From an uncultured Rhodobacterales bacterium (GTDB lineage Bacteria > Pseudomonadota > Alphaproteobacteria > Rhodobacterales > Rhodobacteraceae): a DNA stretch of 64,000 nt. Below, piece after piece: positions 20,320-28,268 of this stretch. Position 1 is the first letter of the stretch. Every line of letters begins with the position of its first letter. Position numbers and translations under genes: made by a program. Location of the stretch: assembly GCA_964429065.1 (NCBI GenBank), contig CAYSAZ010000001.1, positions 4,078 to 68,077 on the forward strand. Direction: 5' to 3'. The notes below the pieces were generated by a model. That model saw nothing but the letters and a program-made list of their open reading frames with translations, made no database searches and was not told where the DNA came from.

Positions 20320-21126
20320 ATGGGGTATGGTATTGCAATTGAAGAAGCCGGGGAGGTTGATTTGTACCGTTTTGGACGCAGCAGACAGATATTTAGAGGG
20401 CCAAAGCCAAACCTGAAAAATCCATATATTGCCTTTATTGGCGGCTCTGAACCATTCGGAAAATTTGTGACAACGCCGTTTCCTAAATTGGTGCAAAGGA
20501 AGGTTAAGAAAAGCTGTGTAAATTGGGGAACACCTGGTGCTGGCCCCGGGTTTTTCCTGAAAGATCCCGTGATCTTGGAAGCGTGCTCTAATGCGGAAAT
20601 ATGTGTTGTGCAGGCCATGGATGCGGTGCCGCTGTCCAACCGGATGTACTCGGTATTTCCACGTCGAAATTTCCGTCTGCGCGCAGTTTCAGACATGCTT
20701 AAGGCGCTTTATCCGAATATTGATTTTGAGAACTTCAAATACGTGCCGGCAATGATCCGTAAAATTCAGTCTGTGGATGCAACCGCATATAAAATCGTGC
20801 TGGCCGAACAGCGTTCAGCCTGGATGGCGCGGATGCTGGAATTGCTGGAAGATATTGAAACGAATAAAGCGTTATTATGGTTGGCCCCCGAAAAGGGATA
20901 TGGTGAGGACTCTATAATTACAGAAGAAATGATTAATGTCGTTGCCAAGAAAGCTGACAGAGTAATCAAGGTTGAAATACCTAATAAACGTACAAAAGAT
21001 ATGCTGTTTGGCAGCAGCAAAAAGGATTCATTCTGGATGACACGCAGCGCCCATGAAACGGTTGCAAAAGCTGTATCTGATGAAGTGCATCTGATGTTAT
21101 CAAGTGGTGAAAAGATATCAGCATAA
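20320..21126 (+). CDS. Hypothetical protein (possibly the Rhodobacteraceae DUF6473 family; unverified)
   Basis: 268 aa ORF with GAGGGA RBS. Lower GC (about 42% in hand-sampled lines). Ends at a strong hairpin. Confidence 0.6.
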   Translation: MGYGIAIEEAGEVDLYRFGRSRQIFRGPKPNLKNPYIAFIGGSEPFGKFVTTPFPKLVQRKVKKSCVNWGTPGAGPGFFLKDPVILEACSNAEICVVQAMDAVPLSNRMYSVFPRRNFRLRAVSDMLKALYPNIDFENFKYVPAMIRKIQSVDATAYKIVLAEQRSAWMARMLELLEDIETNKALLWLAPEKGYGEDSIITEEMINVVAKKADRVIKVEIPNKRTKDMLFGSSKKDSFWMTRSAHETVAKAVSDEVHLMLSSGEKISA

Positions 21127-21158
21127 CCGAAAGGCCCACGATTGAGGGGGCCTTTCGG
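21127..21158. terminator. Bidirectional stem-loop between convergent genes
   Basis: CCGAAAGGCCC (21127-21137) pairs with GGGCCTTTCGG (21148-21158), giving an 11-bp stem and a 10-nt loop. No strong T-run. Confidence 0.6.
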
Positions 21159-21170
21159 AAATTGGCATAG

Positions 21171-22100
21171 TTATTTCAATGCATCGGTAAGCGCAGGCAC
21201 CGCGTCAAACAAATCCGCAACCAGCCCGTAATCGGCAATCTGAAAAATCGGCGCTTCTTCGTCTTTGTTAATTGCGACAATAACCTTGGAGTCTTTCATG
21301 CCAGCAAGATGCTGAATGGCCCCGGAAATGCCAATGGCGATATAAAGATCAGGCGCGACAACTTTGCCCGTTTGACCAACCTGCCAATCGTTTGGTGCAT
21401 ATCCGGAATCCACCGCAGCGCGCGATGCACCAACCGCAGCCCCCAGTGTATCAGCAAGTTTTTCGATAAGATCGAAGTTCTCCTCTGAGCCAACTCCGCG
21501 CCCACCTGAGACGACAATTTTGGCGGATGTGAGCTCCGGGCGATCAGAGCTTTGCACTTTATCCTCAACCCATTCTGACAGCTCAGGGTTTTCAGCCGCA
21601 GAAACCTGTTCAACCAAAGCCGAACCAGTTTCAGCAGCAGCTTCAAAACCAGCGGTGCGGATTGTGATAACCTTTGTCGCATCAGCGCTTTGAACAGTTT
21701 GGATGGCATTGCCGGCATAGATCGGGCGCTCAAATGTATTGGCATCAATGATATTGGTGATGTCAGAAATTATCATGGCATCCAAAAGTGCCGCAACCCG
21801 GGGCAGGATATTTTTGCCCGACACTGTGGCCGGGGCAACGATATGCGTAAATTCTTTGGCAAGAGTGGTGATCAATGCGGCAATCGGTTCGGCCAACCCG
21901 TTCCTATATGCTGCATCATCAGCGCAAAGAACTTTGACAACACCATTAAGTTTGGCCGCCCCATCAGCTGCACCGCTGCATTCTGCAGAGGCGCAAAGCA
22001 CCGTAATATCGCCAAGTGCACGCGCCGCCGTGACCGTTTTAGCGGTTTGATCGACTGATAATTCAGCGCCATTCATTTCAGCAAGTAAAAGCACAGCCAT
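21171..22100 (-). CDS. etfA: Electron transfer flavoprotein alpha subunit
   Basis: 309 aa. C-terminal FAD-binding region PDLYIAIGISGAIQHLAGMKDSKVIVAINKD. Confidence 0.93.
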   Translation of the reverse strand: MAVLLLAEMNGAELSVDQTAKTVTAARALGDITVLCASAECSGAADGAAKLNGVVKVLCADDAAYRNGLAEPIAALITTLAKEFTHIVAPATVSGKNILPRVAALLDAMIISDITNIIDANTFERPIYAGNAIQTVQSADATKVITIRTAGFEAAAETGSALVEQVSAAENPELSEWVEDKVQSSDRPELTSAKIVVSGGRGVGSEENFDLIEKLADTLGAAVGASRAAVDSGYAPNDWQVGQTGKVVAPDLYIAIGISGAIQHLAGMKDSKVIVAINKDEEAPIFQIADYGLVADLFDAVPALTDALK

Positions 22101-22861
22101 CAGATCACTCCCGCTTCGTCTTTAAGTTTGGCAACAAGTTCCGCCACATCAGCAACAATAACACCCGCCGTTCGTGTGGTTGGTTCAACCGTACTAAGAA
22201 TTGTCAGGCGCGGCGTAATATCAACACCATAATCATCAGGTGTTTTTTCCTCCAAAGGTTTGCGTTTGGCCTTCATTATATTGGGCAAGCTGGCGTAGCG
22301 CGGTTCATTCAGACGCAAATCCACAGTAACAATCGCAGGCATTTTAACTTTGATCCTTTGCAAACCACCATCGACTTCGCGAGTAACGGATGCATGATCA
22401 CCGTCGATTTCCAACATTGAGGCAAAGGTTGCCTGCGACCAGCCAAGCAGTGCCGAAAGCATCTGGCCCGTGGCGTTCATGTCATTATCAATAGCTTGTT
22501 TTCCGGCCAAAACCAGCGTGGGCTGTTCTGCGTCTATGACGGCTTTTAGCAGTTTGGCAACGGCAAGCGGCTCAATATCATTGTGCACATCCTCGCTGGC
22601 AATGATCAGGATCGCGCGATCTGCTCCCATAGCAAGTGCTGTGCGCAATGTTTCCTGATTTTGCTTAATACCAATAGATACAGCAATGATTTCCGAGGCT
22701 TTGCCGGCTTCTTTCAGGCGGATCGCTTCCTCAATTGCAATTTCATCGAATGGGTTCATCGACATTTTAACGTTGGCCAGATCGACACCGCTGCCATCCG
22801 CTTTGACACGGACCTTGACGTTATAATCAATCACACGTTTAACAGGTACAAGCACCTTCAT
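22100..22861 (-). CDS. etfB: Electron transfer flavoprotein beta subunit
   Basis: [19 protein letters not shown] start, 253 aa. 1-nt overlap with etfA. Confidence 0.93.
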   Translation of the reverse strand: MKVLVPVKRVIDYNVKVRVKADGSGVDLANVKMSMNPFDEIAIEEAIRLKEAGKASEIIAVSIGIKQNQETLRTALAMGADRAILIIASEDVHNDIEPLAVAKLLKAVIDAEQPTLVLAGKQAIDNDMNATGQMLSALLGWSQATFASMLEIDGDHASVTREVDGGLQRIKVKMPAIVTVDLRLNEPRYASLPNIMKAKRKPLEEKTPDDYGVDITPRLTILSTVEPTTRTAGVIVADVAELVAKLKDEAGVI

Positions 22862-23141
22862 AATTTGTGTATCTCCAGGTTATTCCCACTCAATGCGGGG
22901 TAATTATTTCGAGTTTATCGCATTTTCTTACTGGTGACAGTGAAAAACGCCGCCCTGCATCAGAGTGAAGCAGTAGTTTTATGGCACTGCAAGAAAAACA
23001 TGACGTAACTTCTGCATTTTGACGAAATAAACAAAATATTAACTAAATTGTTAGGATTTTGCTGTAACGATACTTTCATAGGGCCAGAGCAAGATATTTA
23101 CGCAACTGCCCCGATATCCCCGAGATTATTAATCCACTGAC

Positions 23142-23165
23142 ATCTGGCTTTGCCGGATTTTTTTT
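23142..23165 (+). terminator. Orphan Rho-independent-terminator-like hairpin plus T8 in an intergenic region
   Basis: ATCTGGC TTT GCCGGAT forms a 7-bp stem with one G-U pair and a 3-nt loop. It is followed by TTTTTTTT (23158-23165). No plus-strand gene lies upstream. Confidence 0.4.
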
Positions 23166-23182
23166 GCTGAAAAGGAATTACA

Positions 23183-23449
23183 ATGGCTATTGATACTTAT
23201 AAGAATACCATGGGTGGTCTGGAATCCCCGGCGCGCGAAGCGATGAGCGTCACGCCAAATGATGCGGTTGATATAACCCATACTTCGCGCGCGATTTACG
23301 TCGGTGTTTCCGGTGATATTACCGTCCATATGGCGGATGAAACAACAGCGGTGGTTTTTAAATCTGTGCCTGCGGGCATATTGCCGGTGCGGGTTGATCG
23401 TATTCTAGCAACGGGAACCAGCGCCAGTGATCTGGTCGCTTTGTGGTGA
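23183..23449 (+). CDS. Small phage/GTA spike-base-like protein (resembles the RcGTA Rcc01079 family from memory)
   Basis: 88 aa with AAAGGA RBS. Pattern: TPNDAVDIT..SRAIYVGVSGDITV...VFKSVPAGILPVRVDRILATGTSASDLVALW. Confidence 0.55.
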   Translation: MAIDTYKNTMGGLESPAREAMSVTPNDAVDITHTSRAIYVGVSGDITVHMADETTAVVFKSVPAGILPVRVDRILATGTSASDLVALW

Positions 23450-23453
23450 ACTC

Positions 23454-24938
23454 ATGGAATTATCCTTAAAAATAGGGCTTGGAGGGGGTAGCGTTGCACA
23501 GGGCAGCGCAACCCCACCGGTATTTTCAATATTGGCAGGCCGAAATGGTTTCGCGATTGATTTCATCCAAAACAGGATGATCGTGAATGACAGCGTGACA
23601 CCGGCAAATAATTTTGATGGTGATCCACAGGCAAAATTAACAAAATATGGCACGGATTCGTGGCTGGTTGATCCGGCTAAAGGTTTGGTGCTGGATGCGG
23701 CACGAGATTTCGCAGTTGCCATGGCAAAAAGCAATTTTCCCTATGACGCAACGGCAATCCATGTCTATGCCCGCTATCAATTGAATGGGGCGGATAGTGC
23801 TGCGCAACGGTATATATTCATGGCGGATAATTCGGGCAGTGACCGTTTCGCCATGTATACAACGCCAGGCGCAAACTTTCGGATGGTTACAGGCGATGGC
23901 ACAAGTGCTGACACAGAGATATCGGATATGTCACTGGCTGCAAATACTGAGTATCTCACGTTTTTTGGGGCCGATTCGTTTGGTCGCAGCTGGATAGATG
24001 AAGGGGGCATTCAAACGGATGATACCCTGCATTTACTTGCCGCAACCGGGCCAGAGACCCATGTGGGTTTAGGCGGATACCCAGATCGGGTCTTGCGCGG
24101 ACTTGATGGACATTTGGCCGAAATCGTCGTGATTTGTGAGCATATTATCCGTGAGCGCCGCTTAACACTAACTCCGCTAGGGCCATATTTCGCTGCTGAG
24201 GGTGACAGCCACACATTTAACGTGTCTTTTGGTATGCCCGCGTCAGATTTTTATCCGCATTTAATTGGGTTTTCCCAAGGAATGCCCGCAGGAAACTTTG
24301 GCAGTTCGGGCGAAAGTTCTGCAAAAATGCTGGCCGAGGTGGATGATTTTTTCCTTGAGGATATCCCAAGCATCGCGACGATTTATGCTGGTTCAAACGA
24401 TACTATTACGACGATTGAGGCGGCACCAGCACCTACTGCCAGCAGTCTCACAGTGGCAACTGCGGCAAAAATGGCGGTGGGTGGATGGGTTATTATCAAT
24501 GGCGAAAGTCGTGAAATCGCGACGGTAAGCGGGAATGCGTTAACTCTTGATACCCCCTTAAGTACTGTACCGGTATCTGGGGATGATGTGGCGGTTGATA
24601 CCGAGACAAATTTGCGCCACTGGATTCAAATTGTTAAGGCAAAAGGGGTTGCGCGCGTCGTTGTTGTCGGCTCGCACTATCTGAATTTTGCCAGCAGCGG
24701 TGATACTATTTCAACCGAGCAGAGCCTGCGCGCGTCTGTCCGGGTGAAACAACAGGCCGCTGCCAGCGTTGAGGGTGTGGAATATGTCGATACATATGCC
24801 TATATGCGTGACCTTATTGTTGCAGGTGGTGTGACCCAAGGGGATTGGAGCGTTTGGCATCAAGGGGCGACAAACACGCATCTGAATGCGGCAGGCGAAC
24901 AGGTGTTGGCCGATGCAATTGTGGCGGCGCTTTTTTAA
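23454..24938 (+). CDS. Large two-part protein: N-terminal beta-rich unknown domain + C-terminal SGNH/GDSL-type hydrolase (putative spike fibre/esterase)
   Basis: ATG lies 4 nt after the upstream stop. SGNH blocks: EGDSH (GDS codons at 24201-24209), GSSGES, YAGSND, C-terminal NTHLNAAG. An insert of about 65 aa sits after block III. Confidence 0.65.
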   Translation: MELSLKIGLGGGSVAQGSATPPVFSILAGRNGFAIDFIQNRMIVNDSVTPANNFDGDPQAKLTKYGTDSWLVDPAKGLVLDAARDFAVAMAKSNFPYDATAIHVYARYQLNGADSAAQRYIFMADNSGSDRFAMYTTPGANFRMVTGDGTSADTEISDMSLAANTEYLTFFGADSFGRSWIDEGGIQTDDTLHLLAATGPETHVGLGGYPDRVLRGLDGHLAEIVVICEHIIRERRLTLTPLGPYFAAEGDSHTFNVSFGMPASDFYPHLIGFSQGMPAGNFGSSGESSAKMLAEVDDFFLEDIPSIATIYAGSNDTITTIEAAPAPTASSLTVATAAKMAVGGWVIINGESREIATVSGNALTLDTPLSTVPVSGDDVAVDTETNLRHWIQIVKAKGVARVVVVGSHYLNFASSGDTISTEQSLRASVRVKQQAAASVEGVEYVDTYAYMRDLIVAGGVTQGDWSVWHQGATNTHLNAAGEQVLADAIVAALF

Positions 24939-25511
24939 TTAACGATTGGCACCGGGGACCCAAAGAACATCCTCGGTGCCATTATCATTGGCCACGCGCG
25001 CTGCAACAAAAAACCAATCGGACAGACGGTTGAGAAATTTAACAGTGTCTGGGTTGATATTTTCAATGCCAGACAACGTAATTGTCAGCCGTTCGGCACG
25101 CCGTGTAACGGTGCGACACAGGTGCAAATGTGCGGCCAAAGCATTGCCGCCGGGCAAAATAAAGCTGCGCAACGGGGTAAGCCCATGATTCATTACATCG
25201 ATTTCACTCTCTAGCCGATCAGTTTGAGCTTGAATAATACGCAAAGGCGGGTGCGGCGTTGTTGCATCTCGCGGGCTTTCAGGGCGACATAAATCGGCGC
25301 CAAGATCAAAAAGATCATTTTGAATACGCGCAAGGGCTTCGTCTGTTTCGCCCTTTGCGTGAGGGCGAGCAAGGCCAACGCTGGCATTCAGTTCATCAAC
25401 CGTTCCATATGCGTTTACACGGGCGCTGTTTTTGAGAACGCGGGTTCCATCACCAAGGGCCGTATCCCCTTTATCGCCTGTGCGGGTATATATTTTATTC
25501 AAAACAACCAT
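24939..25511 (-). CDS. PduO-type ATP:cob(I)alamin adenosyltransferase
   Basis: IYTRTGDKGDTAL N-terminal signature, 190 aa. Confidence 0.9.
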   Translation of the reverse strand: MVVLNKIYTRTGDKGDTALGDGTRVLKNSARVNAYGTVDELNASVGLARPHAKGETDEALARIQNDLFDLGADLCRPESPRDATTPHPPLRIIQAQTDRLESEIDVMNHGLTPLRSFILPGGNALAAHLHLCRTVTRRAERLTITLSGIENINPDTVKFLNRLSDWFFVAARVANDNGTEDVLWVPGANR

Positions 25512-25512
25512 G

Positions 25513-25716
25513 TTATCCTCCGCTACGTAGCCAGATATACAGCATGATCAGCACCACCGCGATGAGTTGAAAAAACAGGCGTAACCGCATGATTTTGTTG
25601 GCATGCTTTCGGTTAAATTCACCACCTTTGGCAAATACGACCACGCCGAAAATCAACACGGCAAGCACGGTTAAACAGGCGAATATGACAAGTAGAAATA
25701 ATGGATCGTAGGACAT
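25513..25716 (-). CDS. Twin-transmembrane-helix small protein (HIG1-like)
   Basis: 67 aa with two TM helices. Lies 1 nt upstream of the adenosyltransferase gene. Confidence 0.7.
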   Translation of the reverse strand: MSYDPLFLLVIFACLTVLAVLIFGVVVFAKGGEFNRKHANKIMRLRLFFQLIAVVLIMLYIWLRSGG

Positions 25717-25769
25717 TCAGGCCTCCTTTTTGCATAGCATAGAGGGCGGGTGGGCAGGTGCCAAGGGCG

Positions 25770-26603
25770 CTACTGTCGCGCCAATATGGCATCAAGCAGG
25801 CGGGTTGGCAAAAAACGTCGCATAATATTGGCAGCGTAGGTTGCAGTGGTTACAAAATACCGCGGGCGCGGATTACGCGATTCAAGTGCGTGGATCAGCT
25901 TGGCTGTGACTGCAGAAACAGGTAGCTCGGAAAAATCCTTTTTACCGGATGTGTCGTACAAACGTCCGCGTACGTCGGTCTTATAAAAATCCTTGCGATG
26001 GGCATTTTCCCAATCAATCCATTTTTCAAATTGCTTGGCCGCATTTTTACGAAAATCTGTCGGGATTGGCCCGGGTTCGATCAGAATAAATTTTATCGGG
26101 CTGTTGCGATGTTCCAGACGTTGCGCGTCTGTCAGGGCCTCAAGCGCGAATTTTGTCGCACAATATGACCCGCGAAATGGCGTTGAGATAAAGCCAAGTA
26201 CCGAGGAATTATGGATTATCCGCCCGTAACCTTGCGCGCGCATAATCGGTAGAACCCGGTTTGTTACATCAAGGGGGCCAAAAACATTGGTCTCAAAAAT
26301 ATCACGCAAAGCGTCGCGCGACAGATCCTCAACCGCGCCGGGAATAGCATAGGCGCCGTTGTTGAAAACCGCATCGAGGGTGCCGTCTGTGCGCTCTAAA
26401 ATATTTTGGAGCGCGGTCTCAATACTGCCCTCATCCTGATAGTCCAGCCGCAGGCTTTCCAGTCCTTCATCGCGCAAACGTGCGCAATCAGCCTCGGCCC
26501 GACAGCTCGCGAAAACCCGCCAACCGCGTTTGTGCAAACTATGCGCCGCGTCATAGCCAATACCCGATGAACACCCGGTGATGAGGATCGTTTTCTGGGT
26601 CAT
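25770..26603 (-). CDS. SDR-family oxidoreductase
   Basis: Start MTQKTILITGCSSGIGY (TGxxxGIG). Catalytic YCATKFALE (YxxxK). The longer ORF start would overlap the upstream gene. Confidence 0.85.
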   Translation of the reverse strand: MTQKTILITGCSSGIGYDAAHSLHKRGWRVFASCRAEADCARLRDEGLESLRLDYQDEGSIETALQNILERTDGTLDAVFNNGAYAIPGAVEDLSRDALRDIFETNVFGPLDVTNRVLPIMRAQGYGRIIHNSSVLGFISTPFRGSYCATKFALEALTDAQRLEHRNSPIKFILIEPGPIPTDFRKNAAKQFEKWIDWENAHRKDFYKTDVRGRLYDTSGKKDFSELPVSAVTAKLIHALESRNPRPRYFVTTATYAANIMRRFLPTRLLDAILARQ

Positions 26604-26613
26604 TGGATGCCTT

Positions 26614-28164
26614 CTAGTGCTTCTTTTTACGGGCAATATGCTGCCTTAGAAATGGAATATTTGCAAGCTCGGGCATGGCTGTATTGAGAACAAGATTAAC
26701 AGCATTCCCACCACGCCGATATGACACAGGAAAGCGCAGGGCATTTGTAATCAAGCGGCGATCGGAAAAAGGGCATAAATAAAATGTGTGATGCAGCCCG
26801 TAAAAGATTTGAGAGAACACGGGCCATAATAATTCCATATACTTCATGTCATATGATACAGGATGGGCATTTTCGGGCAGGGTCTTGAACCATGCCATAT
26901 AGGCTGGCATATATTTCTCTAACGCTTCTTTTGAAGGGGTTCCCAGAAATAGCCCACGCAGTTCTGCCTCACGATGTTCAGCATCACTTTGCACGGAAAA
27001 AAATGTTTTTGGATAGTTTTTTGATTTTAGCAGGTCAATTAAGTTTCCACGAAAATGAACTGCCCCTTTAGGTAGATAGTGTTGTAGATCTTGATGTATT
27101 TCTGGAGGGGTTGGATACGAAAACCCGGATGTAATTCGATATCTGTAGTGCATTTGTCGCTTTTTAAAGCCCTTAGGAATTTCATGGTTTTCGTCTTTGA
27201 CTGCATCATATCCCTTAAATGGAACATCAAGAAAGTCAGCTATTATAGCGGCTACTTCCATGTCATTTCGCGACATAAAATTATGCCCAAACGTGAAAAA
27301 TAGTTTCACATCCTTTAGGTGATCTTTTGCGGCAGCTATTATATTGCGGGAATCAGCCCCTCCTGAAATCGCGACAATTGTTTCATGGTTTTTTACAATT
27401 ACGCCGAAGATGTCAGATAAGCGTTCGATGATGTCTTTTGCCAGGGCATCGTACTCCTCTGGTTTGGCGGTAAATGTTTGTTCTGGTTTGGGCCAGTGGC
27501 GGGTCAACGAAAAATCGTCAAGATTTAAGAAGTGATTAGCTATTATTAATTTTATATATTTATCACTGGTTTGTTGTAGTAAATAACTGTCTTTTCCCGA
27601 CAGCACAGCATTATTTTCAAAATTTGGATTATCAATTATATCTCGGTCCAGACATAAGGTAACAGATGAGGCTACGGTTTTGGTCTGTTCGTCAAAAACG
27701 ACACCTAGGGTTGCGCAAGGATCAAAATATATGCGTTTGCACTGGATGTTTATCAATATAACGATATAGCGCCCGGCAATTTTAGCAATGGATTCTTCTA
27801 TGCTTTCCACAAAATCAGCATCGTTTAAAGAGTATGCATCACCAAATTTGTCAGTAACGAGTTGCCCGTGTTCATCCACCCCAATGCCCAGGAAATATCC
27901 GATCAACGCACCACTTTGATCGTTCAGAGCTAAAACAGGTAAGTTTTTCCCGTGATAGAGCGTCCAATCGCCAGCAGACTTGCGGTGAAATTTTCCGACC
28001 TCTAGATTGGGGTTTTTCGATAATAAAAACTGTATTGTGAACGCGTCATCAAAGTCGATATTGCGCTCAGCTGTTAGCTTTAACGCTAGGGGAGGGGCGG
28101 TAAGCATATTTTTCCTAGATACGTAATGGGCATGGTGTTCAATATTTTGTAGTGAATTTGGCAT
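26614..28164 (-). CDS. Asparagine-synthetase-like PP-loop ATP pyrophosphatase family protein without an Ntn glutaminase Cys; unknown function
   Basis: 516 aa. SGGADS PP-loop ([13 protein letters not shown]) in the middle. N-terminal domain reminiscent of a degenerate AsnB Ntn domain. Markedly AT-rich. Confidence 0.65.
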   Translation of the reverse strand: MPNSLQNIEHHAHYVSRKNMLTAPPLALKLTAERNIDFDDAFTIQFLLSKNPNLEVGKFHRKSAGDWTLYHGKNLPVLALNDQSGALIGYFLGIGVDEHGQLVTDKFGDAYSLNDADFVESIEESIAKIAGRYIVILINIQCKRIYFDPCATLGVVFDEQTKTVASSVTLCLDRDIIDNPNFENNAVLSGKDSYLLQQTSDKYIKLIIANHFLNLDDFSLTRHWPKPEQTFTAKPEEYDALAKDIIERLSDIFGVIVKNHETIVAISGGADSRNIIAAAKDHLKDVKLFFTFGHNFMSRNDMEVAAIIADFLDVPFKGYDAVKDENHEIPKGFKKRQMHYRYRITSGFSYPTPPEIHQDLQHYLPKGAVHFRGNLIDLLKSKNYPKTFFSVQSDAEHREAELRGLFLGTPSKEALEKYMPAYMAWFKTLPENAHPVSYDMKYMELLWPVFSQIFYGLHHTFYLCPFSDRRLITNALRFPVSYRRGGNAVNLVLNTAMPELANIPFLRQHIARKKKH

Positions 28165-28268
28165 CAGCCGTCTACTGTTTAGCGTATTTCAGTATAATGT
28201 TTTCGTGTATTTCGCGCTTTGCATTTTTCCCACTGGACCCGTTGCAAACGGCGTTATACACAACATCT

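Noticed and set aside
20223-20696. A 157-aa minus-strand ORF overlapping the start of the hypothetical gene at 20320.
   Set aside because: It has no RBS or motifs and would leave the hbd-proximal gap unexplained. The plus-strand ORF has a GAGGGA RBS and ends at a strong hairpin.
23039-23054. A CtrA-box-like sequence, TTAA-N7-GTTA (TTAACTAAATTGTTAG), upstream of the spike-like gene pair.
   Set aside because: Only one half-site matches the TTAA-N7-TTAAC consensus. The second half is shifted or mismatched, and in such AT-rich DNA this can occur by chance. It is worth re-testing with a position weight matrix but is not supportable by eye.
28152-28268. N-terminal extensions offered by the ORF track for parC (28152), liuC (10550), the acyl-CoA ligase (30433), potF (39482), potH (41765), the oppC-like gene (49950), the SDR (26636), hbd (20185) and soeC (34201).
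   Set aside because: The extensions overlap the preceding gene or start at weak codons (for example the TTG at 34201). Internal ATGs give canonical protein N-termini, Shine-Dalgarno sequences or ATGA/TGATG coupling with the upstream stop.
26614-28268. The idea that the AsnB-like gene marks a lasso-peptide or similar RiPP cluster.
   Set aside because: No transglutaminase-like B protease, no RRE protein and no plausible short precursor ORF are adjacent. The neighbours are an SDR and parC. It is kept only as an orphan enzyme finding.
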